Shown here: positions 25,559 to 38,849 of the stretch, one piece after another
Numbering within the stretch: the stretch's first letter is position 1
Layout of the letters: each line of letters starts with the position of its first letter
NCBI RefSeq assembly: GCF_000150275.1
Contig: NW_002060948.1
Location: forward strand, 2,410,180-2,474,179
DNA from: Trichoplax adhaerens
Lineage: Eukaryota > Animalia > Placozoa
Reading direction: 5' to 3'
Length of the DNA: 64,000 bases
Position numbers and translations under genes: made by a program
The notes under the pieces: generated by a model
What the model was told of the DNA's origin: nothing
The model's input: the letters and a program-made list of their open reading frames with translations, nothing else
Databases searched by the model: none

Positions 25559-28500
25559 TATCATTACTATTAAAAATTCTTTAAAATATTTATCGCAATA
25601 TTTAACTAAAGCTCGTTGTGAAATAGTTTCCGTCCTTTTATAAAAGGCAGCAGCTTGATAATCTTTTCGGAAAGAGAAAAGAATCAACCTTTATCTTAAT
25701 AATATCTTTATTGTCTTAAGGATAGTTGAAACTTAAATTGGACATAAAGTAATCTGTATTGTTCTGCTTTGACAAATTTTTCAGTTTTATAGTTGAAAAA
25801 TCTAAATTAATACCCGCCATAAGCATATCTCTGTATTTAACAATATAACCAACGATGCTGTTTTTACGCTGTTGAATAAAAACAACTGAAGCATTATGCA
25901 ATCCAGTCAATTGAGCTTAACCATAAACTATTAACAATTAGAATACCTAAATTTTAGTTATTGTAAGCAGCTAGCGTGATACATATTTTCGGTATCCATA
26001 GCAAGGAAGAACATTAACGTCAATTTATTATAAACATAATTAAACTAAAGAGCTTATTTTTATTTGGGACAAAATGCTGTTTTATTCGGATTATGAATTC
26101 TTAAATAATAACCCTGTTATCAATTATCATCACGTATTATCATGTCACTATAAAGGATTTTCCACCTGATCAATCCTTATTTAATCGATTATCAAAGAAA
26201 GATTGAAATTTTATGCGCCAGTACATACTGTTTAGGAGTCGACATAGGGCAATAGTGGCCATTAAAATCAACTTATTATAATGGTACTAGGATTAAAAAA
26301 AGATGGTTATTGTTCTATATTCCTGGTTATCAGGCTCATTAATAAGAATTGTAATGAAATGAAAAGTGTATAGATCACACTACAAAACTTTAATAAACTT
26401 TAATTCTACTTTCGTTGCACTCCGGTCGATTTAACGAAACTTTGACACCAAATAAAATTTGGGGAAATAATCGATCAACAATTTATTACAAAAAAATGGA
26501 GAGAAGTATAAATCGAACAACCTTGCAAATACTTAACTTTAAGTATTAATGAAATAAAACTACTTTGCACCATTTAAGAAAACAAAAATCATTCAAAGTT
26601 CAGACACAATTTACCCTATGATTTCCTTACAAAACACTATAAAACCAACATGTTAGCTATAAAATACATCAAACTTCACTTCTAACATAATTTCTATCAT
26701 TAATACATTATAAAAGTCTAAAAATTGACGTTTAAACATCAAGATTTAGTCGTAATAATAACAGTCTAACTACTTAACAATCAACACAACCTCTGCCAAT
26801 TTCCATCTTATTTTCTATTTTCCTAACTAAACTTTCCTAATGTGACTTTACTGTGACGTTATAAATCCCTTTTCTCTATGGATAGGATTTTGTTACTAAG
26901 TCAAATCCATTTACAATTTGAATAGACTATCAAACGCCCTTTCTTTAGATTAGGCAATTGCTCCAGGGCTTCTTCTATAGTAATCTATATAATACCTTGT
27001 AAAATAATGAAGAAGAAATGATGGCGACATCATGATTTGGCAGGGTAAAACTTAAAGACACCATCACTTTATAAGTATTTTCTATAGTAAAGTAATACTA
27101 GTTACTTACTAAAAGCTATAAAGGACTCTACTTTTAGTCCTTTACTACAGAATCTATCTAAAAGAATCTTAACATTAATACTATTAATCAATTGAATTTA
27201 TAGTCGTACCAAATACAATTTTTCTAGATAATTAGGGACAAAGAAATATTTTATTAAAACAGTACATCCTAGACTGAATTTTATGGACTTGCAATTGTAA
27301 CTTTAGCCCTGCGTATATCGTTGAAAGTTCATTTTGATAAGCTACTAATTATTGCAAATTTAATTCTGCAATAGCTATCCTAGCAACTTAAGAATTCATT
27401 AGATAGTGCCTGATGCTGTTTGATTATTCATAATCTGAATCCTTGAAGCAAGAGTCAGACAATAAGCAATTTCAGTTATTGGGTATTTTAAAGCTATAGA
27501 ATTATAAGAAATTATAGATCCAGATAATTCATAAAAGCTATAATTTCGAATATAGCATAAACTGCATATTCAATGACATAAAACTGAGTAAAAATTATTT
27601 CTTATGAATTATTATTGCGTTAAAAATACATTTCGTCTTCCCTAGGATTGACACATTAGCTTACAGACACTTACAAATATTAACCTTTTATAGAAATTAA
27701 GGCTAAACTATCGAAAACTTTGTAAGCTATTTATTACTACTAGAAGCTGGTAAAATGCCCTACAATAGATATAAATTATAGATATGCTGCCCCGTATATG
27801 GTATTAAATATAAATTTGAATAAATCAGTTTCTGATCATATGTCAAATAACTTTGGTCTTTGTCTTATCAAGACTTACCAGCTTAATTAACTAATTCTGC
27901 AAGTACAATTACTGTTTGCTAGACATACAATTTATACTTGCGACACACTGTAATAATATCTGCCATAAAAGGTTTTTAGGTATTATTAATATTTATTTTT
28001 CTAGGTATTTTGAAATTATCCAGTATTTCGTGTCGTTATGGAGATTACATAATATTTTATTTTACCAAATATATCACATTCCATATAAAGTTAATTGCAA
28101 TTAAAGACTAAGTGAATCATATTACTTGACAAAAAAAACAAAATAATTGATAAACTGCAGCAACAGCATTCATTTGAAGACTAGCTGGTGATTTTAAAGT
28201 CTTTATTTACTGATTGATTATAAAAAACTCATATTTCATTATTTATCAGAGGATATTGGTAAGATGACATAATCATTCTCCTATCATAACAATTACAATT
28301 CAACTAATTGTATTCACCGCTTAAATAGCCAATTAAACGTAGTTTTAATATATTAAGAATTTTTTAATGGATTTCAAAATTAGAGCAAGCTTCGTTTCGT
28401 TTATCATTAGGTTAGAATATCTCCATGGCTACCTATTGGCTTTATCAAAGTAATAATTATCTAAATCATTGCAGGTTATGATTTATTCAATATCTATTAA

Positions 28501-28993
28501 TCTAGGCATTAAAATTAAAGCTAAGTCTCAGTAAGTCTTGCTAAAATGATATAGATATCAGTATTCTATTACAGACAGTACTATATTCTCACAAACATTA
28601 TCTTGTCTTTCATTTCTCACATAATGGTAACGACTTTATCATCCTTTTAGAGAGGTGTTGTTAGCGACCAGCTCATTATATAGAATTCGAGAATCACAAT
28701 AGCCTAAGCTGGAACTAGTGATATAGCTTTATTTAGTTTCTGCAATTGGATAGTTTTTAATTTTTTAGTTATCATCATTATCAAAAAATTAATGCAGTAG
28801 TTACTATGCTATTGGACATGTTTAGTGAAATTATCATACTTTTAGACCTTTACACATTCACATTCTGATTGAACGAAGAGAATATAAGCTATTACATTGC
28901 CATAAATATTAATCTCCAGCATAATAAAAAATGCTAATATCTGGAATTTCTACCTAAGATTGTTCCTACTTTAGAGGGCGAAATAGAATCTAA

Positions 28994-29932
28994 TTAAGAT
29001 CTACACAGCCTATAGAACTTTTTCCGCATTCTACTGCTTGTTAAACCATAGATCACTGGATTCCAGATGGAATGAGAATATGCCAGCCAATAAGTTACTG
29101 TAATTGCTATGCCAAAGGACTGCGACGTAGCTGCTTTCGAGTTAAATCGAAGGATGATATGAATTATATACTGTGGTGCGTAGCAAATAAAATAAGAAAT
29201 GGTAATCAATACGACTACGAGTGTGACTCGGGATTTTGTTTTAGTTGCGTTGCTGTGCTTAAAGAGTTGTACCTTAACTAAGCGACTTAAATTTATAATG
29301 ATCAAGGTATGATATACGGATAAAATGATCAAAGGACAGGCAAAGAAGATGATGAAAATGATCAGAACATTTGCCTGCGAATCGTGTGTTGGTGTATAAT
29401 CCAAGCACAAATTTTCTTTTTTCAGATAAGATCCTACACTGTTATTGATTAGATTGACAACGGATGATACAATCCCACAAAACCAAGCAAATGATATTAT
29501 AAATACAGCTGGCTTGAATTTACTTGAGTATCTAAACGAAGTTAAAACAGCTCGATAGCGTTCATAACTAATAATAACTAGTAGTATCGATGATGCGTGC
29601 ACAGCTGTGGCGCGCAAAAATGGTAACGATTTGCACATAAAATCTCCTAACAGAAATGAATGATTTAAGACAAAGTAGACAGCTTCAAATGGGATAGTCA
29701 GTGTGATAATAATATCAGCTACAGCTAAGTTGAGAATATAAAAATTAAAACTAATAAATTCTCTTCTTCCATTTCGTAGTAAGTAACATACTACGATATT
29801 ACCAGCCAGAGATAGAAAAAATATCGTCGCATAGGCAATAATTAATATGGTAGCATGAGGAACTAGTTTATACACGGGATTGGAAAGGCTTAAATTGAAG
29901 TTAATGGAAGTCTTAGGTGTTATGGTAGCCAT
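28994..29932 (-). CDS. Intronless class A GPCR, peptide-receptor-like, 312 aa
   Basis: TM1 GN, TM2 NLAVAD, TM3 FMCK...ERY, ECL2 Cys, TM6 FICYAP, TM7 NPVIY; clear paralog of the flanking GPCRs. Confidence 0.95.
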   Translation of the reverse strand: MATITPKTSINFNLSLSNPVYKLVPHATILIIAYATIFFLSLAGNIVVCYLLRNGRREFISFNFYILNLAVADIIITLTIPFEAVYFVLNHSFLLGDFMCKSLPFLRATAVHASSILLVIISYERYRAVLTSFRYSSKFKPAVFIISFAWFCGIVSSVVNLINNSVGSYLKKENLCLDYTPTHDSQANVLIIFIIFFACPLIILSVYHTLIIINLSRLVKVQLFKHSNATKTKSRVTLVVVLITISYFICYAPQYIIHIILRFNSKAATSQSFGIAITVTYWLAYSHSIWNPVIYGLTSSRMRKKFYRLCRS

Positions 29933-32900
29933 TTTTCTCTAACTTCGAAATCGAAAAAGTACTAGGTTAGCCAAGAATGAGAGTTATCAAGACTGAAGAA
30001 TTAATTTTCTTTCAAAGCGCTTTTACATCATCTCTAAATGATAAATTATTTAGTAATTTACGACGGAAATACGATGTAAGCCTCCGACTAATTCACGATT
30101 TAGGCAAATAGAGTTCGTCTTAGCATTAAGACAAAATCAGCTACGATCAAACTCAAAATCGGAATAATGTCAGAAACTTAAACTTCAAGATGGATTTTAC
30201 AATATGAAATAGTGGCGAGCACTAGTTACGGAAATACTATAATAAAAATGAGTCAGTAATTGAAATTATACTTATTAGTATCATAAGCAATCACAAAAAT
30301 ATTTGATCTTGATCTTGTGAAGGATAGGCATATACAAGTAATTATAACTATAAATAAGAACGCATTTATAAACATTGACTTGACCTTAAATTAAACCCAA
30401 AGTAATTTAATTTCAAATCCAGTTGGTAATTTTAAGTACAAAATCATAAATCTGATAACAATTTACCTGTGCCAGCTTGAAAAGGATAGAAGATCAAGAC
30501 TAAATAATATATACTGTTGACTTAGTCTTCATTACCTTAAAATCTATCTCTTCTATTAATGGAAACCTTAATATAATTACCAATTTATATGAATTCTATC
30601 TGTCATTATGACCGTGATTAAATTTTATAAAAAATTCTCACTTTACTTTCTTATTCGCGATCGAAAACGAAGTAACTCGCACTGTAGCATATTTTAGACT
30701 TATTGTAAATAGTTGATATTTGCAAAATGAACATTACTACTCTGACTAATTTAAGTTATATGCTAAGATTCTATCTATAAACTAATTACTGCACTGTCTA
30801 TTAATACAGGAACTAAGATAACTTACTGTAGCAATGAATAGGATAAGCAAATAAGTTAAGCCTAGTTCAAACATGAAACATTTGTACTAACAAAAGTAAA
30901 TTTGGTTTGATAATTAATCAAGAGATTTATCTTTCAACATTTACAAGACTATTCTATCTTTTTGGCCCTTAAAAATCAATATCAAATATTGATCACTTGA
31001 ATAGATAAAGTACATTTCTCCTTGTAATATACTCGAAACTAGATTTTCTTGAAATTTGTAAACTGGCTTTATACAATTTTTTTAGGCTATTTAATGTCAT
31101 GTACCACCCTAAGCAAATGAAGAAAATAATTCTACAATAGGAAATACGATAGGCAATTAATTTAGTAGATTATTTGCACTCCCTGATTCATCTAGGATTT
31201 GACTGGCTAAGGCTATGAATATCTTATCTTTTTGCGTCGCGCGGTCTCATAACTATTACTATATCGCCTTGTTAATTTTGATATACCATTTAACTTTTAA
31301 TTTTTACATTTCATTTTTGAGATATAAATCCCGTTAAAGATAGCAATTTACTGATTTATTTCTCAGTCAGAATTTGGTGGGATTTAGAAATTAAGCAATT
31401 AAAGGAATAAATAAGTGCGAATCGATGTAAGTGGTCGCAAAAGTGTGTTTAAGCTTAGATTCTACGAGCCTAAATAATCCATCATCGTCTAAGAAAATTA
31501 CAGCCATTTTTCTGATTCTTACTGAAATTTTCGTCTATCAATAGATTTTATGATTTAGATAACAAATTTATTGTAGTAAAAATAGCATTCAATAAAGTTC
31601 CAAGCATACCATGATTATTAATTGTATATATCTTTTCTTAATAATATCTATCAGCTGATTAATTATTTACGAAAGAATTGATAGACTATTAATTCAAAAG
31701 ATTTCTTTTAATCAGCAAAACTTATCTACGAAGATAAGTTGTTAAACTAATGATTGAACTGAAGGCCTTAAGATTATATGCTATCATATATGGTAGCAAA
31801 AGAGAAGATTATAATATTTATAGTATTTCATCTACTGTGCTATTTTCTAGCTTCAGTAATATTAGAAAGATATTTGAATTTTTATGATTAGCTCGACCGG
31901 ATAATGCATAGGATGAATCTAAGGTCAATGTTGTTTTGTGTGTGGTAATACTTGAAGCTTAAGATATTTTCCTTAAGATGAAATTTATATCTACTCGCTA
32001 ATAGCTGTTCGTTACGTTAGCCAGAAGATATTGTTTACGTTACATATTAATTGAATAATATATTATTAAAGTTAAAACTGTAATTTACAGATGGCTAGCT
32101 AGTAATTAATGATAATTAGCGATTATTTTTATAGTGGCTGGTGCTTATTTTTTTATCGAAATAACCATAAATCCGTTTAAAATATTGTTGGAAAATCAAA
32201 TCCGATAATTCTCGTCTACAAATACAGTTCTTATCCTTAGGTTGCTGCGTTACATATATAAATGGAATTAATTAGCTAAGTTTCATCTTTAACTATTAAA
32301 TATTGCAAACTGCTAAATCAAATTATATTGATACATGATATGAAGTTATAAGATAATTTTATAATGGTTTCGTTCTTCTAAGCTGTATCAATAATATCGA
32401 TAATGACCTCGAGAAGATTCTATTCCGATTATTTTTATGCATGCAGCATATTACAAGCAGTTATAAGAAACAGCTATCACTTAGGTGATAATACATGCTA
32501 AATCAATAATTATTTTATTACTTTCAATAATCGAAATCACCTATTTTAATATACTGTAAATTTTAATTGGCTTCTATATGCTATAAAATCGAGTCGATCG
32601 TCGCATTTCTGAGGTATAGAAGGAATACGCAATCATGGATAAAAATATTTATGCCTTATTGATAAAAACTCTATCTGTTGTTAATTAATATCTTTTTATC
32701 CTAATTAAACATTTCCATAATAATCTTAACTATTAAAAAAATATGAGCAAACTCTTGTTCATAAATATTTGAAAAGAATTCAATCCAATGCATTCGATAT
32801 ACTGTAGCTATATTAAAAGTATCTTGATCAATTTGATTCTGTTAATATACAGTAGATGTAAAATATGTATAACTACTCCATTTTCTCCATGATGTTTCTT

Positions 32901-32985
32901 ATATAATAAAAAGGATATCACTCCTTAATCTTAGAAACTCTGGCTAGATTGATAAATGAAGCCAATAAAACCCATTCTTGGCTTA

Positions 32986-33006
32986 CCTCCTCCTCCTCCT
33001 CCTCCT
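32986..33006. repeat. (CCT)7 trinucleotide microsatellite
   Basis: cctcctcctcctcctcctcct read directly. Confidence 0.85.
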
Positions 33007-36000
33007 AGATCTGCTTCAACTGATGCTGCAAATTCGCAGTTAAGCTAACAGTTACAGGCAAAGAAAGATTTTGTTGATAGCAGCGAACATAACTTTATCT
33101 TATTGCGCAGCTGATGGTTGTCGCGAGAACACGTTTCCACAAAATCGCAGATTGGATAGTATTTAGCAATGAAATAACTGGAATATTAAGTATGTCAGGA
33201 TTAAGACTCAAAGCAACATAGCCTAGCTGATGTAGTTTGATTTTATTTTGCTAATTACTATTAATTGTAAATTAAAAAATAAATAGTTCACGTTAGAAGA
33301 GCAGGTTGTTGTCTCAATTGGCGCAAAATTGTTAGGATAATCAAGGTAAATTAGGTTAAATTCATCTACAGATTGCTAAGTGAAAATACCAGCTTGATTT
33401 GTTACTATCTTACTATTGCTTTCTTATTAATATGCAATAGAATAAAAGCAGCGAACATAATAAAATGCAGTATCGAAGAAGTTCTAATAAATGATTAGAT
33501 GCTTCCCAATGCTGCATAATATTGCTTGATTATGTAGGTAACCTGCTGAATTACATTCATTACTTTATACTTATAGAATTGAAATTTCATCAATGCAACT
33601 AATTTATAAACTTCGAGATAAATGAAAAAGAATTTATGCTATTAGTATAAGAATGTTTATCTAACGAAAGACGACTGCTCAATGCTTTGGACAGACAGAT
33701 GTTCTAATTAATTGATAAATATTTTTAATATTTTTTCAACGTTAAGCGGAAATAATGCATTGTAACTAATTTTAAAAATCTGTACAATTAATCAGCATAT
33801 TTACTCAAAGAGCACTGAACGATTAATCAGGTACAAATAAAGTCATATTAACGTTCTTTTAGCTTTAAATTGACATTCTATTGACATTGCCGATAAATAA
33901 TTTCGCAGATGTTTTAAAAGGATTGCTTTATTAGAATATGAGGATTTATTTAAAGGAGAAGAGTAGTTGTTAAAGATGTCGTTTTTAATTGATTGATATC
34001 TTCGCATCTCTTTGATATTAATTAAAGTACTGAATCGTAAATAATTCTAAGAGATTTGTAGAAAAATGATCAAATACGATAATATTTCACTTGACATGGA
34101 TTGCTTAATTACTCAAAGACGATATTAAAATATACAAACCATTTCATTAAAATTTAAATGGATATTCTAATTGTCTAACTAAAATATAAGTTCTCAGATA
34201 GTTAGGAGTCAATGCTATGGAAGTAAAATAATGTGTTTGAAGAAGGAAATTTAGATTTTAATTATCAGCAGATGTACAAGATCTGCTACATTAAGTATAG
34301 TGATCTAAGGAAATTAAATGAACACTATTGTGTAATTGATGTAAGATAATCAGAGAGAAATGAATTTTTTACTGTTACTGCTATTACTACAGTGGACACT
34401 GTATAGAACGAATAATATTAGTTTTGTTATTGATGTAAGGTCTGATAACTTTTATTACAATAATTCCATGTCACAAAGTAATGTTAACAATCCTCTATAC
34501 GTGAAATTATCATTTTCTAGTAATCATCATTTTTGTCCCGCACAAGTAATAAAACAAAATTAAGATAAAAAATTTTCTCATAATCTAAACTGTAAACACT
34601 GGTATTGGACTAGACAACATCTTGCTATTCTGTTAATATAAAAAATATTAAAGTATAGCAGCAAAGCAAGTTCACCATCGATATAATTTTGAATCTTTAA
34701 TTAATACATCGCAATGCTAGTTCAGTAGTCTATCGTCTGTAGCGACATTCTAGATAATACTGTTATTACAGTTTATTTGGCATATAGCAAGGATTCCATG
34801 CAATCCATATTATAGATTAAAACTCATTTATGTACCGTTATTATTCTCGAAATTTAGAAGTTAACACGTACATTATTGCATTATAATCAAAAACTAATAC
34901 GGTATAATGAGCTAAATTTCATGAACTGTTACGACGCATACATGATAGCTGCTGCCGAAGGGTGCTTAAGCTCGGCAGATAATTGAATAAAAAAGAGTTA
35001 CATACTTATTTGAACGTAGAAGCAAAGGCTTCTAAATTTTTGTGAGGTAGCTAAGGGATACTGAATCCCGGAGACTATAGTAATTTAGAGATTTGTTTTA
35101 CGTTATCTTTGCCACGAAGCTGGTTTGTGACACCATTATATAAGTATCAAGGTAGGCTTCGACAAGCTGATAAACACAAAAATATACTCATACATAATTC
35201 TATTTTCGCACCACTTCTGGTCTATATCAATTATTCATGGCAGTGGCATCGAACATATTGCTACTTTACTATAACAAAACAACTAATAATAATTCATACC
35301 AAACTTAATGTCTTCTATCAAGCGGCTATGCTCGTACATATATCCTTTCTAATCACATACTTGTTTAACTAGTGAACTTTAATCAAGGAAGATACTGTTT
35401 ATTATAAGTAACTTTTACGAAATATTATATTACAATATTTAACTTATTTATATTTGTAATCATATGATCCACGATCAAAATATCAAAACATCGCTTTATT
35501 ACGAACGCTTCATTCTGTATCTTGAATTATTAATACTACGGTATCATCTTTATATCTAAAGTATATAAACTACAAATATTATTGATGTACTTAATTTAAA
35601 TGAGGTGGAATCTGATCATTATTTTAAAATTTAATTTATTTATATTTTCTAATGGTTTGGGGATTATATCTATGAAGTAGTGTAGATGCAATATACGGCA
35701 TATATTGTAACTTATGTCATACGATGATGAAAGGATAAAGTAGTTTGAATTCTCTGTATTTAAATAATACTTTCAAATTTTCCGTATACTTTAGAATTAA
35801 AGATTGATCATGGTATTTCATGAATAGCCTAAAGTGTTAACGTTAGGTTTGATCAAATTTATTCACTTTTCTTCAGGAATGACTTTAATAGAATTTGATA
35901 GGATATGATTCTGAAAAATTACTAGCAATCCTTCTTGAAATAGTACGATACTAACTTAGCGAATATTTTCTATTTCTATTTTATTTAGTACAGATGCAGT

Positions 36001-37871
36001 GACTATAATGGATAAGTAATTGTGTAATCGAATGTATGATATTGTCTATCCTAGTTTCAAAAGGGAATTACAGTATGTGCCGTACGGTAGGTGTTACAAT
36101 TTACACTAATTATTAGTTAAATTAGTCTTACATGTAACTGTCGTATATCTCGAGTAAGACGTAGATAATGTGAGCTCAATTTAATTGGTACCGTATAACA
36201 CAAAATACTGATTACTATTTCTACGAAATGGATAATATACTTTAATATATCGAACCTTTGCTTATTACAAATAAGCGTTGGGAATACAAAATTAAAATTA
36301 TTGGAAATTCTCAACATTTACCCAATAGCAATATAACAATATGAATATTGAAAGCTGGATTCATTTTTATTTAGCTTAGAATACTAGAGTATTAGGAAGC
36401 ATGCTTGAAATAGCATTATTTTTATGGTAGTCTTAATCCAAATAATAATTATAGTTACGATTTGTGCTTCTAATAACTTGCTGCACCGTACTGGCTATCG
36501 CTAGACAAGCCATTACCAGCAATGTTTTTAACTCTTCAGATTCTATCTGCTAATTATATTAATTTTATTGCAGGCGGTTTTTGATTTTTCAACATGCTTT
36601 GCGAAGTATAAGTAATTTTGCTTTGAACTAAAATTAGTCAAATAAATGATTCTTTAAGAGGCATAACAAAGTGAGCAGGATATTAATTTAATTATCATTC
36701 ATCAAATTGAGGCCTAGAGCATTACCATATTGTAGAATAACTCATTTTATTCATCGCATCAGTAGCCGTTAATCTGATTTTAGAAATATTTTATGGAGTA
36801 ATATTGCGGGATCAAATTCATTAATCCGCCATGTGATTACTTATGAATATTCTGAGTAAATTAAACTTGCCATGAAACGGGCAAACGAAAGTGGCCGTAT
36901 TAAATTTATCAATACCGCAGAAATACGTCATATCTAGTGCTAGTTTATATAATATCGATGCGATCGTATGATGTAGGCTTTTCTTTTAAAAAGAAATCAA
37001 CTTTGCTTATCAACAATTGCCAGTATATTTCCTGCATTAGCATTCGTGCTATATTCAACTTGGCTTATTAAATAGCAAAAAATAAGCTGATAATATAATT
37101 GATGCTTTTCTCCTTTCTGTCCGGTTTACGAACGACCGTTGTCCCTCAATACTGTTAAGACTTTTCTTAGATTTAATAGTAATAGGTGTAAATCGTAATT
37201 TTCGTTCTTCACAAGAACTGTAACTTATTTTTTAGCGAGATACGATATTGCTACAGGTATTCTAATTGTAGCGAAAGGTGCGTCATTTTAGCCCTAGTTT
37301 AAATCACTACCATTTTAATAGCAAATACAAGGCTATTTGGATATACAAGTATAGAAAATTTGGGGGAAATGAACAAAATTTCTTCTTCTTAAAGGGATAA
37401 CAGTATAATTTTGTTGTTCCATCAGTATAAGAGATCATGTGATAAAGTTTATATTGTGATAATGAAATTTTGTCCATAAGATCTTGTCTTTCAATCTAAC
37501 CAAATATTATCCAGTGAACGTATCTTATAAACCTTCAGTTTTTACGAATTCTCTCCCTTATTAATGAATTTAAATGACTATTTCACCAAAATTGAAAGGA
37601 AGGAATCACACTTTTTGATTTGTTATAACAATAGAGGTATATAATCGAATATACATGCAGTAAACAGGATGATAATGTAATCCATTTGATTGAACCTGTC
37701 TTTCCTAGGATCAACTTTTAATTTAAATAGATTGAACTTATTATTTTAGTACCAAAGCTTAACAAGAATAACATAAACAACATCAAATGCATAAAAACGA
37801 AAATATTGGTGCTTCAAAGCTGAACCAATTGTTAATGTTTGGAAATATTGAAATAATGTTGCAGTTTTAAA

Positions 37872-38849
37872 TTATCGCCTGACGTAGTTAGCACTGGTCT
37901 TTTTAACTTCAAAAACGGTGCCCAAGATTGCATCTCGCATTGTCTTATTCAATGCGCCATAAATAACGGGATTCCATAGTGAATGTGAATAGCCTAGCCA
38001 GTAAGTTATTGATGTCAAAATAGCTATGTCTGTCGCCCAAGTAATAAGATTCAATTCATAAAGTAAAAAGATAACATTAGGTGGAAAGTGGCATATAAAA
38101 AATGCCGTAACTACGATGACTAACATCCACACAATTTTCTTTTTTTTTTGATGGACGATCTTACTTCGACCACTTAATGGATGAGTTTTATGCCATAGTC
38201 GCCAACCTATCAAAACATGACAACAAGAAATGGCCGCAAAAGGAATTAAAAAGAAGGTAATCAATAGAAAAAATCCATAAGCAATACGAAGGTCTTGATT
38301 TTGCCAATCTTCACGGCAACGAGTACCGTTTTTAGATCCATTTATATTTACGGTCAAGATGATTGTTTGAGGCAAAGTAGCAATAATTGCAATAATCCAT
38401 GCTATCAATGTGGTTAATATAGTATATTTGTAAACAGTTTGTTGCTGTTTAATCAAAGTTACCGCACGAAAGCGATTGTAACTAATGAAGACCAAAATTA
38501 AACATGACATATAGATAGCAATATTGCGTGTACTATAAATTACTTTGCATAAAAATTGACCAAAGATAAATTTATTGGTAAAATTTTCATAAGCAGCGAA
38601 TGGAATAGTTAGCGTAATCAAGATATCGGCTACTGCCAAGTTAAAGATATTCCAATTAGTAAAATTATGGGGTATTTTTTTACGTAAAATCACAATGCAT
38701 ATCAATACATTACTAAAGATGGAAAATACAAATATTAAACTATAGCCTATAATTTGAAGTGCAAATACGAATGTCATACTTTGATACAGGCCATTCTTAC
38801 TAACAGTTGTTTTCCTTGAAGCCATACTAGTGCCGATGCTCCCATCCAT
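37872..38849 (-). CDS. Intronless class A GPCR, peptide-receptor-like, 325 aa
   Basis: TM1 SN, TM2 NLAVAD, TM3 FLCK...NRF, ECL2 CREDW, TM6 FICHFP, TM7 NPVIY. Confidence 0.95.
   Translation of the reverse strand: MDGSIGTSMASRKTTVSKNGLYQSMTFVFALQIIGYSLIFVFSIFSNVLICIVILRKKIPHNFTNWNIFNLAVADILITLTIPFAAYENFTNKFIFGQFLCKVIYSTRNIAIYMSCLILVFISYNRFRAVTLIKQQQTVYKYTILTTLIAWIIAIIATLPQTIILTVNINGSKNGTRCREDWQNQDLRIAYGFFLLITFFLIPFAAISCCHVLIGWRLWHKTHPLSGRSKIVHQKKKKIVWMLVIVVTAFFICHFPPNVIFLLYELNLITWATDIAILTSITYWLGYSHSLWNPVIYGALNKTMRDAILGTVFEVKKTSANYVRR

Noticed and set aside
19440-38849. GPCRs as opsins
   Set aside because: No retinal-binding lysine in TM7, and the motifs are peptide-receptor-like.
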